This document shows positions 8,939 to 18,931 of a stretch of 64,000 bases of DNA, in pieces (positions within the stretch are counted from its first letter, which is position 1; each line of letters begins with the position of its first letter). A program made the translations under genes and the position numbers. The notes under the pieces are model-generated. The model had not been told where the DNA came from and made no database searches. It worked only from the letters and a program-made list of their open reading frames with translations. The stretch spans positions 186,001-250,000 of the IMG/VR virus record IMGVR_UViG_3300046517_002304. One strand, written 5' to 3'.

Positions 8939-9498
8939 GTAAATTTAAAGTTAATCTTCGTCAAGGTCGTGCAGGGCGCTTAGATACAAGCGCGGTAGCC
9001 GGAGTTAGTTTTCAAAGAACCGTTCACATTTCTGGACCAGATGGAGTTAATAAAGAGTATGTAGATGGACAAGTATTTGAAGAATCTAATTTTTACAAGT
9101 GTTATTGCCTTCCTGCCTGTAAACCAGAAGATGCTAAGCTACAAATATTAGAAGATGATGGTAGAGAATATGCCCCAAACAGCAAGCATCCTGTTATTTT
9201 TACTAAAGTAATTAATGCACACTCTAACTGTTTGCCAGAGTATACTATTGACGCCAAAAGAGATTGTCATGGAACTATCGTAGCGGCCCAAATCACTAAT
9301 CGTTGCGCAACTGGGTCTGGCGAAGACATAAACGTAAAATTTAACAAGAGCAACAGCGCCATTCTTGAGATTATGGCCGGAGAAACACAAACGTTTGGAA
9401 AAGATGATTTTAATATATCCAATATCGATTTTATTAATAATACTGATCATAACATTAAAATGCAGGTATTAATTTCTGTTGTCTCTGATTTTAAGTAA
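8935..9498 (+). CDS. Hypothetical protein
   Basis: 187-aa ORF translationally coupled to both neighbours. Confidence 0.6.
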   Translation: MSKFKVNLRQGRAGRLDTSAVAGVSFQRTVHISGPDGVNKEYVDGQVFEESNFYKCYCLPACKPEDAKLQILEDDGREYAPNSKHPVIFTKVINAHSNCLPEYTIDAKRDCHGTIVAAQITNRCATGSGEDINVKFNKSNSAILEIMAGETQTFGKDDFNISNIDFINNTDHNIKMQVLISVVSDFK

Positions 9499-10274
9499 TG
9501 AAGAATCAAATCTCTATTAAAGAGTTTAATGATAAGAAAGACAAAATTCTTATCATTCGTGATGAGGGTCACTTTGGCGATATCTTGATGCATAGAATGT
9601 TATTTGAAGATATAAAAGCCTTAATCCCAGATTCCCATATAACTTTTGCCTGCCCGAAAAGATATCATGATGCAGCAATGAATCATCCTTATATCGATAA
9701 TCTTATGGACTCTGGTAAAGTGAATGTTGGCGATTTTTTATATGTCTACAACACCGCCAACTCTTGTGAAGAACAGAACCATCATCAACATAAAAGTGAC
9801 ACATGGGCAGAGAAACTAGGTATCAAGTTAGCGAATCATCATATGCACCTTCATGTGGACGCTAGCCATACCGATTCTTCTTTGCCATTATTAATTTTAG
9901 CTCCATTTGCGTCGGATAAAAAGCGTAGTCTAAGTGCTTCACAAGCCAATGATATTATTCAACATTTTGATGGTAAGTACGACATACGGCTAGTACACAA
10001 TTGTTTAGTAGAAGGATTATGTAAAGATGGAATTATTTTTGATACATTCATTCATTTAGCAGAATTAGTGGCGAGTGCTTCGCTGGTGGTTTCTGTAGAT
10101 ACATCTATACTACACCTTGCTGGAGGACTAAATAAAAACACTATCGGATTATTCAGTTGGACATCAGGAAAAATTATGTGCCAGTATTATCCTACGGTTA
10201 AATATATCCAGCACAAATCGCTTAATCTTTCAGATGATTTTGACATCGGCCGCCTAATAGAGATGGCTAAATAA
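9498..10274 (+). CDS. Glycosyltransferase family 9 (heptosyltransferase-like)
   Basis: GHFGDILM...ITFAC N-terminus and LVVSVDTSILHLAGGLNKNTIGLFS C-terminal GT9 signature. Confidence 0.85.
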   Translation: MKNQISIKEFNDKKDKILIIRDEGHFGDILMHRMLFEDIKALIPDSHITFACPKRYHDAAMNHPYIDNLMDSGKVNVGDFLYVYNTANSCEEQNHHQHKSDTWAEKLGIKLANHHMHLHVDASHTDSSLPLLILAPFASDKKRSLSASQANDIIQHFDGKYDIRLVHNCLVEGLCKDGIIFDTFIHLAELVASASLVVSVDTSILHLAGGLNKNTIGLFSWTSGKIMCQYYPTVKYIQHKSLNLSDDFDIGRLIEMAK

Positions 10275-11097
10275 AGAATTCACTCACGTTACTAATGTTA
10301 GAAATATTATCGTATTTCCATCCGTTTGAGCAATCGCCGATCTTAATTTCGGGGTTTTCTCTTTTCATAAAGAAGGCCATTGTATCTACTATTTCCTGAC
10401 TAATCTTGTGTTGCGGATAAGAATACATGTTGTTTTCTAGTTTTTCAGATCCAGGTCTTTCATCGGCAAATGCATTATCGCAAGATAGCAAAAGTATATT
10501 TGATGACTGAAAAAAATTAGCTATATTTAAAGCAGCACATAAAGGACTTCTGTAATCGTCAATTCTAAATCCAGTTGTGTTATTGAACATAGAAAACTTA
10601 CTCTCGTAGGTAGGATAATACTTATACATTATCCCTTTATATTTTTTAACAAATTCCGAACTAGTTCTTGACGCAACAATGCATGGAGGGAAGTATTTAT
10701 TTTTAGGCAGGAAGGAACAACATTCTTGATATGGATTGTTGACTAAATAAAAATCCATCTTCCCTAATGATGCATTCCATTTTTTTAAAGCTCCGTTAAT
10801 ACCAATTACGATATACGGACCCTTTATTTGTTTTAATATGCTCTGAGCATTTAGAAAATTAAGTCCGTCAGATACGATAACACAATTTTTGTATTTATTC
10901 TTAATTTCGTTAACAGCCATTAAATTTAATGGTCTGATATATGTTTCATTATCAATGAATAATTTGTAGTCTTTTTCAGATGTTAGATTATTAATATCTA
11001 TCGGGTGTAAGCGTATACTAGAGTTTCTTACCCATATGTTATGCTCTGTTAAAGCATACTCGTTATTTTTATACTTTTTAATACGCTTGATTGCCAT
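10267..11097 (-). CDS. DUF115/MAF/sialyltransferase-like Rossmann GT-related protein
   Basis: KNCVIVSDGLN..IVIGINGA..DFYLVN, then ALNIA..ILLLSCD; pattern of the DUF115/GT29-like clan. Confidence 0.55.
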   Translation of the reverse strand: MAIKRIKKYKNNEYALTEHNIWVRNSSIRLHPIDINNLTSEKDYKLFIDNETYIRPLNLMAVNEIKNKYKNCVIVSDGLNFLNAQSILKQIKGPYIVIGINGALKKWNASLGKMDFYLVNNPYQECCSFLPKNKYFPPCIVASRTSSEFVKKYKGIMYKYYPTYESKFSMFNNTTGFRIDDYRSPLCAALNIANFFQSSNILLLSCDNAFADERPGSEKLENNMYSYPQHKISQEIVDTMAFFMKRENPEIKIGDCSNGWKYDNISNISNVSEFFI

Positions 11098-11118
11098 GAA
11101 ATAAAATAGCGATAAAAA

Positions 11119-13041
11119 CTACTTTCCGCAAGGAACAAAGTAGAAACAATCCGGCTCATTGCCGTTTTCCGTCATAATTTTCTTCATGTCAAGATGGACG
11201 CTAATATTTACGTCTAATGGCTTAACCTCAATCATTGGTTTATTATCTGGCAGAATTAGTGAAATAAACGCTGGCAAGTCATGCTTCAAGGTAATGAAAT
11301 CTGGACAACCGGTAATTTTGATTTCACTAATCATTTTGCTAGAATCAATGGAAATAACATCTGGTATGCCAGGGTTTTCTATTTTAATCAAACTTGGAAT
11401 ATCATGTTCAATTTTGATTACTCTTGGCACATCATCAGCAATTAAGCGAATATCTTTTATTTCCGGAGCGATTACTCTGATTTCTTTAGGAACATTGCTG
11501 GCATCTATCGATATAGATGGAATAGAAGGAACAACTACATTAATCGTATCTTTGAAGTTGTGCTTCAATGCGATGTATTGAGGAATATTTGCAGGAACAA
11601 TCTTAATTTCAGATGGGATACCAGCAAAGTTATACTCAACATTTGGCGATTCCTCAGTTTCTTCAAAGCCTAAGTCTTCTACGTATGTTTGCTGCCACGC
11701 GGCCACTGATGCGGCACCTGGGCAGGTGATAGAACAAGCGCAGCTAATTACTGGAGGAGTACCCCAGTCTACTGATACTGTTGGCGGATCTCCGAAATTT
11801 ACATTAGGGAAATCAGGAACCATAAATTGAACAGCAGGAAATTGAACCGGACCAAATTGTACGATTGGGAAAAACGGCTGAGCAAATTGTATCGTTGGAA
11901 AGTTTGGGAGCGGACCAAAATTAATTGTAGCAGGTATACCCGGATTATTAATTACAATTACAGATGGTATGGCTGGATTTGTAAAAGAAATAATAGGTGG
12001 CGTAATTGAAATATGAGTAGGAATACTCGGTCCACTAATAATGATTGTATCTGGAATGCTAATTCCAGATAATGTTATTACACTTGGAATACTTCCATGA
12101 ATGTCTATGACGCTTGGAATATTTCCGTGAACATCTATTATACTGGGTATATTAAATGAGCTAATTCCGCTAATTCCTAATGTTAGACATGGAAAGTTAA
12201 TAGGGATTATCGGTAAATCAAAATCTGTAGATGCTATACTAACATTAATGCCAGGAAATGGACTAATAACAGGCACTCCAACGACAATGCCTCCCCCGCC
12301 GCTATTAACCACTGGTTCATTTGAACTTGTTCTCCGAATAGCTGTTTGGGTTATTGTACAATTGCCGTTCGTCACGGTGACTACGGGGTCAATATTGCCA
12401 TTGGGGGCATATGTATGTGTTCCGGGCTGAGTAGATGTTGTTTGGAAGCCGTCGCCAAACTGCAATAAAAAAGTTTGTATGGTGCCTGTTATATCAACAG
12501 TATAGCTCATTACCGTGCCGCTGGCAGGGTCAGAACTAAGAAATTCAATAGTTAAGACAACCGTAGGGCAACCAGAATCGTCAAATATCGGCGGTGTATT
12601 TTGTAGATTTCTAATGCGCCAATCTAAGGTAGACGTATCAGGACTAAAATTTTCACCTACGAAATCTTCGATATCAATAATTGCATCGGCAAGTTGCTTA
12701 TGATGTTCTGCAATTACGAATCCTCTAACTGAAGTTCCAGATGCATTAAACCTTGTATGATCTCCCCCGAAGTTTCTTAAACATCTTTTAAATTTAAATA
12801 TTTTACCATTTACGTCTTTTTCTACTAGATCATAATAAAACAGTTCGCCAGATATGTTTGCAAAACCGTTTTCAGCCCATATCTCATCAGCGTCAATGCC
12901 AACTGGAACAATCGTAATTTCTTCGCTCCATGCTTGATTATCGCCAACGGTTATAGATTCTGATGTGTTGTAAACAGCATAAAGAGTGCTGTCATTGTCA
13001 ATTGCGTTAGGATATACTGGTTGTGGAGGAAATCCTCTCAT
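11119..13041 (-). CDS. Virion fibre-like protein: shared N-terminal domain, PKD/Ig-like domain and Ile/Pro-rich repeats
   Basis: PKD-like LQFGDG..HTYAPNG..VTVT; N-terminal domain shared with the two upstream ORFs; IPxxI repeats. Confidence 0.65.
   Translation of the reverse strand: MRGFPPQPVYPNAIDNDSTLYAVYNTSESITVGDNQAWSEEITIVPVGIDADEIWAENGFANISGELFYYDLVEKDVNGKIFKFKRCLRNFGGDHTRFNASGTSVRGFVIAEHHKQLADAIIDIEDFVGENFSPDTSTLDWRIRNLQNTPPIFDDSGCPTVVLTIEFLSSDPASGTVMSYTVDITGTIQTFLLQFGDGFQTTSTQPGTHTYAPNGNIDPVVTVTNGNCTITQTAIRRTSSNEPVVNSGGGGIVVGVPVISPFPGINVSIASTDFDLPIIPINFPCLTLGISGISSFNIPSIIDVHGNIPSVIDIHGSIPSVITLSGISIPDTIIISGPSIPTHISITPPIISFTNPAIPSVIVINNPGIPATINFGPLPNFPTIQFAQPFFPIVQFGPVQFPAVQFMVPDFPNVNFGDPPTVSVDWGTPPVISCACSITCPGAASVAAWQQTYVEDLGFEETEESPNVEYNFAGIPSEIKIVPANIPQYIALKHNFKDTINVVVPSIPSISIDASNVPKEIRVIAPEIKDIRLIADDVPRVIKIEHDIPSLIKIENPGIPDVISIDSSKMISEIKITGCPDFITLKHDLPAFISLILPDNKPMIEVKPLDVNISVHLDMKKIMTENGNEPDCFYFVPCGK
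11250..12150 (-). repeat. Degenerate 10-11 aa IPxxIxI / FPxxxF protein repeats in two blocks
   Basis: IPSIIDVHGN-IPSVIDIHGS-IPSVITLSG..., FPTIQF/FPIVQF/FPAVQF/FPNVNF, and IPSEIKIV/IPQYIAL/VPKEIRV/VPRVIKI/IPSLIKI/IPDVISI. Confidence 0.75.
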
Positions 13042-13042
13042 A

Positions 13043-15286
13043 TTAATAAACTCCTAAAACCCATTGTTCTCCAGCAGGTCTTGCCGGAAGTGAGCTAAAC
13101 GTTGCCGATGATGCATTGAACTTAATAAATGTATTCACCGAATAATCAAAAGATATATACGCTAAATGATTGCCATCTGATGTAGCCAGTAGTTTTTGTG
13201 ATGGGTCGTCAAACGACATGTTCGCCATACCAGGTATAGTTGGATCTTGATAAGCTACAACAGACGAGTCATAAAGAGCAGACCAAGCCATTGAGTTAAT
13301 GCCAGGCCCGCCGACCGACCATGTGGCTGATGTGGGATTATATGCTAGGACTTCGCCTGTATTATTAAAGAAATATAAACCACCGATTAAGGGGACTAGT
13401 TGACCTTCTAGTTTCGTAGAACCCGGCATATCGTTTAGTTTTTGTATCCCTTGAACTAAATCAGAAAGAACGCCCTGTGTTTGATAAAAGCTTTTAATTC
13501 TAAAATAAGTGCCGTTTGCATCATTTCTAGCAATAAACCCAGTTGAGTTAAACCACGCCGATCTGTATACGCTAAAATCTCCGCTCGCACCGCTGTCTAC
13601 ATTGTTCATTAATTCAACTGCGCCGTTAGTGTAGCTACTTGGCGTAAAGACTGTTGTAGCGGTACTTAAGTCTACCAGACTCATGTTTGTATTGTCTTGA
13701 TTGGTAGATGACGAAACATCTGGCATTGCGTCAGTATTGCCTAGCAAAAAGTAAACTGATTGCGGGGAATTAAGAGATACCCAATTCCAGGCGCGCGAAA
13801 AACTACCACTTAGCGCTGCATTGCAGCTACCGCCTGTATAACAATCGCTAAATCCTTCGTATTCTGTTACATCAATTGTTTGATCAGTCCAACTGCCAGA
13901 CGATACATTATATCCAGTTGCCCAATAGAAATAGGCAGTACCTCTATCTCCTGAATCTGTTGTATCTTTAGCAACAAAGCCAGAATTTCTAAGAAACTCT
14001 TTTTTTTGTTGATTTTCCTGAGGTTCACCAGTCAAAAAGCTGTAGTCTCTAGTTATATTTGGGGAAGCGTTTCTATTATTAGTTTTAAAAACGCTGCCTA
14101 AGGTGTTAAATTCATATGTATTGGCGGTTTTTGTGGCCTGATAGGTTGTGTCCGGGAAAACGGCAAACCATAAATTAGTATCTTCTATAACATCAATAGC
14201 ATCTGGAACTATTGTAGTTCTGTATGCCCCAAATGATGTGTTAACCCTAATTCTTACGTCATATAAACCGCCAGTACTATAGAGCGCTTGGGTTTGAGCA
14301 GAATTAAAATGCTGCAAGTCATCCCCTAGTTTCCAAATATATTGTAATACAGGATCTTCTGGTCTTTCCCCATTATCGGTTACTTCTATGTTTACTAAGG
14401 TGTTTATTTTTGATTTTAAGACGCCTCCGGTGGCCATAGACACGTCCGGCTCAAAAACCTGATTAGTAGGGGATATGTCAAAGAAATCCATTTCTGCGGG
14501 GTCTGGGGCCTGTGCCCTAGCGTTAATCATCTTTTCAAATACTAACTCATCAGTTCCAAAGGCATTGCTAACGGTTAGGCTTACATTATAAAAGGCAGGA
14601 GTGTAATATGTTTTTTCTATTGTTTTGCCGTCAAGATCCACAACGCATGATACTCCACTTGGCACAAACTCAGATACAGATGGTATTCCAGCAGAAACAG
14701 AGACTGATCCGCCATCCCCGAAACACCACTTCCAGTAAGTTGGACTTCTGAAACTAAGATCATCAAAAGTGATTGTTAATGGGACTACGCCAACTTGTTT
14801 ATTTGCAGTAAACCATGCTTTTGGCTGAAGGACAAGGTTCTGCAAAAAATTAGTTCTACCCTCTAATGTATCCCCTAAAGGATTTAGGTCTGTAGTTCCT
14901 TTTACTCCAGCAAAATTCTCAATAGCTATAATAGCATTTTTTATACTGCCGTGATGTTCGGCCATTACGTTTTCTGTGACATTTGTTGACAACTTAGACT
15001 TAGTGGCGTCTGTAAATCCTGGTAAAATCTCTAATTCTGAAAACGTATCGCTAGTAACGACGCCATAGTAAAACGAGACAGCCCTTAGGTCAATTTCGCT
15101 ACATTGATCAGTCAATGTAATAATTCCAGTCGGTGGAAATCGCGATGTATCACCACTAACGGTAATAGATGTATCGCCTGGACTATAGTCTTCAGATAAA
15201 GAAACACGAAGCGAATCGTGTACTAAAAATAGATTATTATCAGTATCTAAGACAGATGGATATAATGATGAACTAGGAATTGTCAT
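13043..15286 (-). CDS. PKD-domain virion protein (fibre/receptor-binding candidate)
   Basis: PKD motifs WKWCFGDG..KTYYTPAFYNVSLTVSN and WKLGDD..YSTGGLYDVRIRV; propeller-like C-terminus. Confidence 0.7.
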   Translation of the reverse strand: MTIPSSSLYPSVLDTDNNLFLVHDSLRVSLSEDYSPGDTSITVSGDTSRFPPTGIITLTDQCSEIDLRAVSFYYGVVTSDTFSELEILPGFTDATKSKLSTNVTENVMAEHHGSIKNAIIAIENFAGVKGTTDLNPLGDTLEGRTNFLQNLVLQPKAWFTANKQVGVVPLTITFDDLSFRSPTYWKWCFGDGGSVSVSAGIPSVSEFVPSGVSCVVDLDGKTIEKTYYTPAFYNVSLTVSNAFGTDELVFEKMINARAQAPDPAEMDFFDISPTNQVFEPDVSMATGGVLKSKINTLVNIEVTDNGERPEDPVLQYIWKLGDDLQHFNSAQTQALYSTGGLYDVRIRVNTSFGAYRTTIVPDAIDVIEDTNLWFAVFPDTTYQATKTANTYEFNTLGSVFKTNNRNASPNITRDYSFLTGEPQENQQKKEFLRNSGFVAKDTTDSGDRGTAYFYWATGYNVSSGSWTDQTIDVTEYEGFSDCYTGGSCNAALSGSFSRAWNWVSLNSPQSVYFLLGNTDAMPDVSSSTNQDNTNMSLVDLSTATTVFTPSSYTNGAVELMNNVDSGASGDFSVYRSAWFNSTGFIARNDANGTYFRIKSFYQTQGVLSDLVQGIQKLNDMPGSTKLEGQLVPLIGGLYFFNNTGEVLAYNPTSATWSVGGPGINSMAWSALYDSSVVAYQDPTIPGMANMSFDDPSQKLLATSDGNHLAYISFDYSVNTFIKFNASSATFSSLPARPAGEQWVLGVY

Positions 15287-16251
15287 TGTATGATGATTTT
15301 GTCGCCTAAACTGAGCTTCTTCTTAGTTCCGTCAGTGAATACAACTAATAAGGATGGTTGATAGGAGCCTGCTACGGTATATATGTGAGTTGCGGTATGA
15401 ACGTCTGGATCAGATGCGGTAAAGAATGTTCCGTCGTCAAAAATCCAATATCTACTTGCTATATCCCCATCTGTTTGATCGATAAAGGTTATATTTGTGG
15501 TATTTGCAATACCAATTACCGGTGTGACATAAAAAAAGGCTTGTGCCTGGTTATTGTTTACGGTAATATAAGATTTCTTTGTTATTATACCTTGAGCACC
15601 CAATGATGTTGTCATGCTCAACTGAACCGTATAAGTCCCTATACTAGCGTAAGTATGCATTGGGCTTACTTCAACGCTCGTATTTCCGTCCCCGAAATCC
15701 CATAGAAAACTTACGGCATTTCCACTAGAAAAGTTTTGAAATGATACTTCTAGTGGCGCTGGTCCTGACGCTGGAAATGCTCTGAACAGAGGAGCAGGTG
15801 CCAACCATCTACTTTCTTGTTTCTTCAAAATGCCATTTAACGATGCATCGGTTGGCTTGTCGCTTACCCCTATATTCGCCTCAATGTTAATAATGGCGTC
15901 TTTTTCGGCATTGTGAACTTCTGCAAAAACACAGCCAAGAACTGGAGTGTTTTTGGGCCATGGTCCTTGTCTAGAGCCAGAAAAGCCTCTTGCCAACTCT
16001 TTAAACGTAGTATCCGTTCTACTTGCATAATAAACAGTTTCTTCCCCCACTTTTATAAGTCCAGAAGAAGGGAATGAAGACGCATCTTGAACAACGATAA
16101 ACTTAGTAGTATAACTAATGCCCTGAGTGGTTACTGTAGATGCATTGTTAGCCACTTGGTAGAGTGTATCCTCTGAATCCAATGCTTTAGGGTAAATACT
16201 TAAATCTCCGGCTATGTATCCGGAATCTAGTGAACTAATTCGGCTTGTCAT
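15283..16251 (-). CDS. PKD-domain virion protein (two PKD domains)
   Basis: FLWDFGDGNTS..PMHTY..GTYTVQL and YWIFDDG..HIYTVAGSYQPSL. Confidence 0.8.
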   Translation of the reverse strand: MTSRISSLDSGYIAGDLSIYPKALDSEDTLYQVANNASTVTTQGISYTTKFIVVQDASSFPSSGLIKVGEETVYYASRTDTTFKELARGFSGSRQGPWPKNTPVLGCVFAEVHNAEKDAIINIEANIGVSDKPTDASLNGILKKQESRWLAPAPLFRAFPASGPAPLEVSFQNFSSGNAVSFLWDFGDGNTSVEVSPMHTYASIGTYTVQLSMTTSLGAQGIITKKSYITVNNNQAQAFFYVTPVIGIANTTNITFIDQTDGDIASRYWIFDDGTFFTASDPDVHTATHIYTVAGSYQPSLLVVFTDGTKKKLSLGDKIIIQ

Positions 16252-16867
16252 TTGTATTATTATTTAGATTTTTTCTGTTGCTTTCTAAATTTGCCTTATT
16301 TTGAATCATCTGAATAATTTCTGATTTAACCTGTGTTCCGTCCGGCAGAGCAAATATAGTTTTGAGTAGCTCAACATCAATGGGCCTGCCAAGTATCGCT
16401 CTCATACGAAGATCTGCCAGTAATTTAGCATTCCAGTAATCCTTCTGGACTTCTGGACTTCCCCAATCCTTTGCATCTTCTTTTTCGGTCAAAAAATTAT
16501 ACATTTTAATGATTAGCTGAGACTCTTCTTCAGTAGACTTTTTAATTTCATTTAGCTCGCCGATTCTCTTATCAAGATAAAGCATTTTTCTATCAGCAAT
16601 TCTATCTTTGATTTCTTTTTCATGAGAATTTCTATGGGGGGCCAGTTCTTTGTCTATTTTTAAAAGCTCCTTTTTATCATTAACTTCTAATATTTCCATG
16701 TCCAAGTTTTCTAATACCTTCCTTCTTGACTGTAATTCTACAAGACATTGGTGAATTTTGGCCTGATGATTTGGTTCGTTTCCTATAACGAAATGCTCAA
16801 GTTGGAAATCGCTATGTCTATTGGTCAGTTTATTTTTAACAATTTCATCGATTTGATTAATGATCAT
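16235..16867 (-). CDS. Hypothetical coiled-coil protein
   Basis: 210 aa, helical, Lys/Glu-rich. Confidence 0.55.
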   Translation of the reverse strand: MIINQIDEIVKNKLTNRHSDFQLEHFVIGNEPNHQAKIHQCLVELQSRRKVLENLDMEILEVNDKKELLKIDKELAPHRNSHEKEIKDRIADRKMLYLDKRIGELNEIKKSTEEESQLIIKMYNFLTEKEDAKDWGSPEVQKDYWNAKLLADLRMRAILGRPIDVELLKTIFALPDGTQVKSEIIQMIQNKANLESNRKNLNNNTNDKPN

Positions 16868-16924
16868 GATGTTAATTTCCGATAAAGTAAGTACAGTTTA
16901 GTATAGTATAGGGACTAAGAATAT

Positions 16925-17479
16925 ATGGGTAAATTGCGAGGAAACATCACCTATCTTGCTGGAAGTATGGACAACGATCCGACCGGCGGAAACGATTGGC
17001 GTGATGAAATAACTCCATTCTTAAAAAGCAAGGGCGTGGGAGTGTTTAATCCATGCCATAAGCCGATGACATCGGCAGTGGAAGATGGGAAAGTTCGGGA
17101 AAACATTAGTCAGCTTAAGAAAGAAAAAAGATTCGCCGAAATTAAAGAAATCATGAGAGAAATTGTTTACACTGATCTAAGAATGGTAGACAAGTGCGAT
17201 TTTATGATTTTAAACATTGAGCCAGATGTGCATATGTGCGGAAGTTATCACGAATCCAATTATGGAATCATGGAACACAAGCCGATTATTATATTATGCA
17301 GAAAGGGTGTAGAATTTATTCCTAATTGGCTATATGGAATTATTGACATTGAAACAATGTTTGATTCAGTTGGTGGAGTTTGTGAATATTTAGATAAGAT
17401 TGACAGCGGAGCAATTGTGCCTTCATATCGTAAATGGAAATTTTTTGATTTCAGTATGGTGTTTGGAACTAATGAATAA
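16925..17479 (+). CDS. Nucleoside 2'-deoxyribosyltransferase/DNPH1(RCL)-like N-glycosidase
   Basis: TYLAGSMD, WR, VFNP, DLRMVDKCD and GSYHE (catalytic Glu). Confidence 0.8.
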   Translation: MGKLRGNITYLAGSMDNDPTGGNDWRDEITPFLKSKGVGVFNPCHKPMTSAVEDGKVRENISQLKKEKRFAEIKEIMREIVYTDLRMVDKCDFMILNIEPDVHMCGSYHESNYGIMEHKPIIILCRKGVEFIPNWLYGIIDIETMFDSVGGVCEYLDKIDSGAIVPSYRKWKFFDFSMVFGTNE

Positions 17480-17939
17480 GATTATACAAAGTAGCATTTC
17501 TTGGGATAGTTATTTTTTAAACATAGTTAATGACATCGGAAAGAAAAGCAAAGATCCTAGTACTAAAATCGGGTGCTTGATAGTTGATAAGGAAAACCGC
17601 ATTAAGGCAACCGGATACAATGGATTTCCGTCTAAGGTCATTGACTACGAAGAAAGATATACTGACAGAAATCAAAAATTATATTTTACAGAACATGCAG
17701 AAAAAAACGCTATTTTTTATGCTGCCCGCCTTGGAATTTCTGTGGTTGGCTGCAAGATATTCATACCCCTTCATCCTTGTCACGAGTGCTGCCGTGGGAT
17801 TATACAATCTGGTATAGATGAAGTGATTTTTACTAACGACAATTCTAATGGGTATTATGATAGGTGGCGAGAAAGTATCGCATACGCAGATATAATGTTT
17901 GAAGAAGCCGGTATTTTATTAAGAAAGATTGATGTATGA
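17472..17939 (+). CDS. dCMP deaminase
   Basis: KSKDPSTKIGC, TGYNGFP, HAEKNAI and PCHECCRGI zinc motifs. Likely start MNKIIQ at 17472, overlapping the NDT stop. Confidence 0.92.
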   Translation: MNKIIQSSISWDSYFLNIVNDIGKKSKDPSTKIGCLIVDKENRIKATGYNGFPSKVIDYEERYTDRNQKLYFTEHAEKNAIFYAARLGISVVGCKIFIPLHPCHECCRGIIQSGIDEVIFTNDNSNGYYDRWRESIAYADIMFEEAGILLRKIDV

Positions 17940-18910
17940 AGAACATTAGTTTAGATCTAATTAGAGTTTGTGAAGCAGCCGCTATAGAAGCAGGCAAGCT
18001 TGTTGGCAGTGGAGATAAACTAGAAATTGACCGAGTCGCCACAGACGCTATGCGCAAGAGGTTAAATGAAATACGGTTCGCCGCCAAGGTAGTGGTTAGT
18101 GAAGGAAAGAAGGACGGAGCAGCGCATCTAGAGGGCGAATATGTTGGCTTGCTAGGACGACAGTTCGCCGAAAATTCTTCTGCTGCTAGTGTATCCGAAT
18201 ATAAAAATATACAAGACAGTAAGCCTAATACTTATGAAATCGCACTGGATTCAGTTGATGGCACCACTCCCACATCAATTAATGGAGCTGAAGCAATGAG
18301 CGTCTTAGCAGTTGCTAATGAAGATTGCATGTATGTTCCTCAAAACTTCTACATGAATAAACTGGCTTATGGTGCAAAAATACGGTCAAAAGTAAGGTTG
18401 AATATCTTAGATCCTATTGAGAGAAATGTTGAGCTATCCGCTTTTGCATTAGATAAAAAAATTAATAATCTAATGGTTGGGTTGTTAAACCGCCAAAGGC
18501 ATAATGACATAATAACAAGATTAAGAAAGATGGGAGTTAGACTAAAGCTTCTACAAGATTGTGATGTGTCTGGATGTATAGGAACATGTTTGCCAGAAAG
18601 TGATATTGATTTATTTTTTGGATTCGGTGGAGCGCCTGAATCCATCATAGCAACCGCGGCGATTAAATCCCTCAGAGGAGGATTTCAATCATATGAAGTA
18701 GACAGTAATTTTAAGCAATCTGGTGATGTGATGGACGAGAATGCTTTAATTAGAGGAGATTGTGTTTTTGTAGCTACAGGTGTTCTTAACGGCTCAATGC
18801 TCCGTGGCGTAAGATTTACAGAAGATGGATGTATAACTAACTCGGTATTCATGAGAAGTAAATCCGGAACAATTCGTTGGCTAACGACGCACCATAATCA
18901 CGAAATCTAG
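17936..18910 (+). CDS. glpX: Class II fructose-1,6-bisphosphatase
   Basis: RVCEAAA, DAMRKRL, VVSEG, IALDSVDGT, GGAPE and FVATGV..G.ML.GVRF. Confidence 0.9.
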   Translation: MKNISLDLIRVCEAAAIEAGKLVGSGDKLEIDRVATDAMRKRLNEIRFAAKVVVSEGKKDGAAHLEGEYVGLLGRQFAENSSAASVSEYKNIQDSKPNTYEIALDSVDGTTPTSINGAEAMSVLAVANEDCMYVPQNFYMNKLAYGAKIRSKVRLNILDPIERNVELSAFALDKKINNLMVGLLNRQRHNDIITRLRKMGVRLKLLQDCDVSGCIGTCLPESDIDLFFGFGGAPESIIATAAIKSLRGGFQSYEVDSNFKQSGDVMDENALIRGDCVFVATGVLNGSMLRGVRFTEDGCITNSVFMRSKSGTIRWLTTHHNHEI

Positions 18911-18931
18911 AAACGATAACTAGTTTAATGA

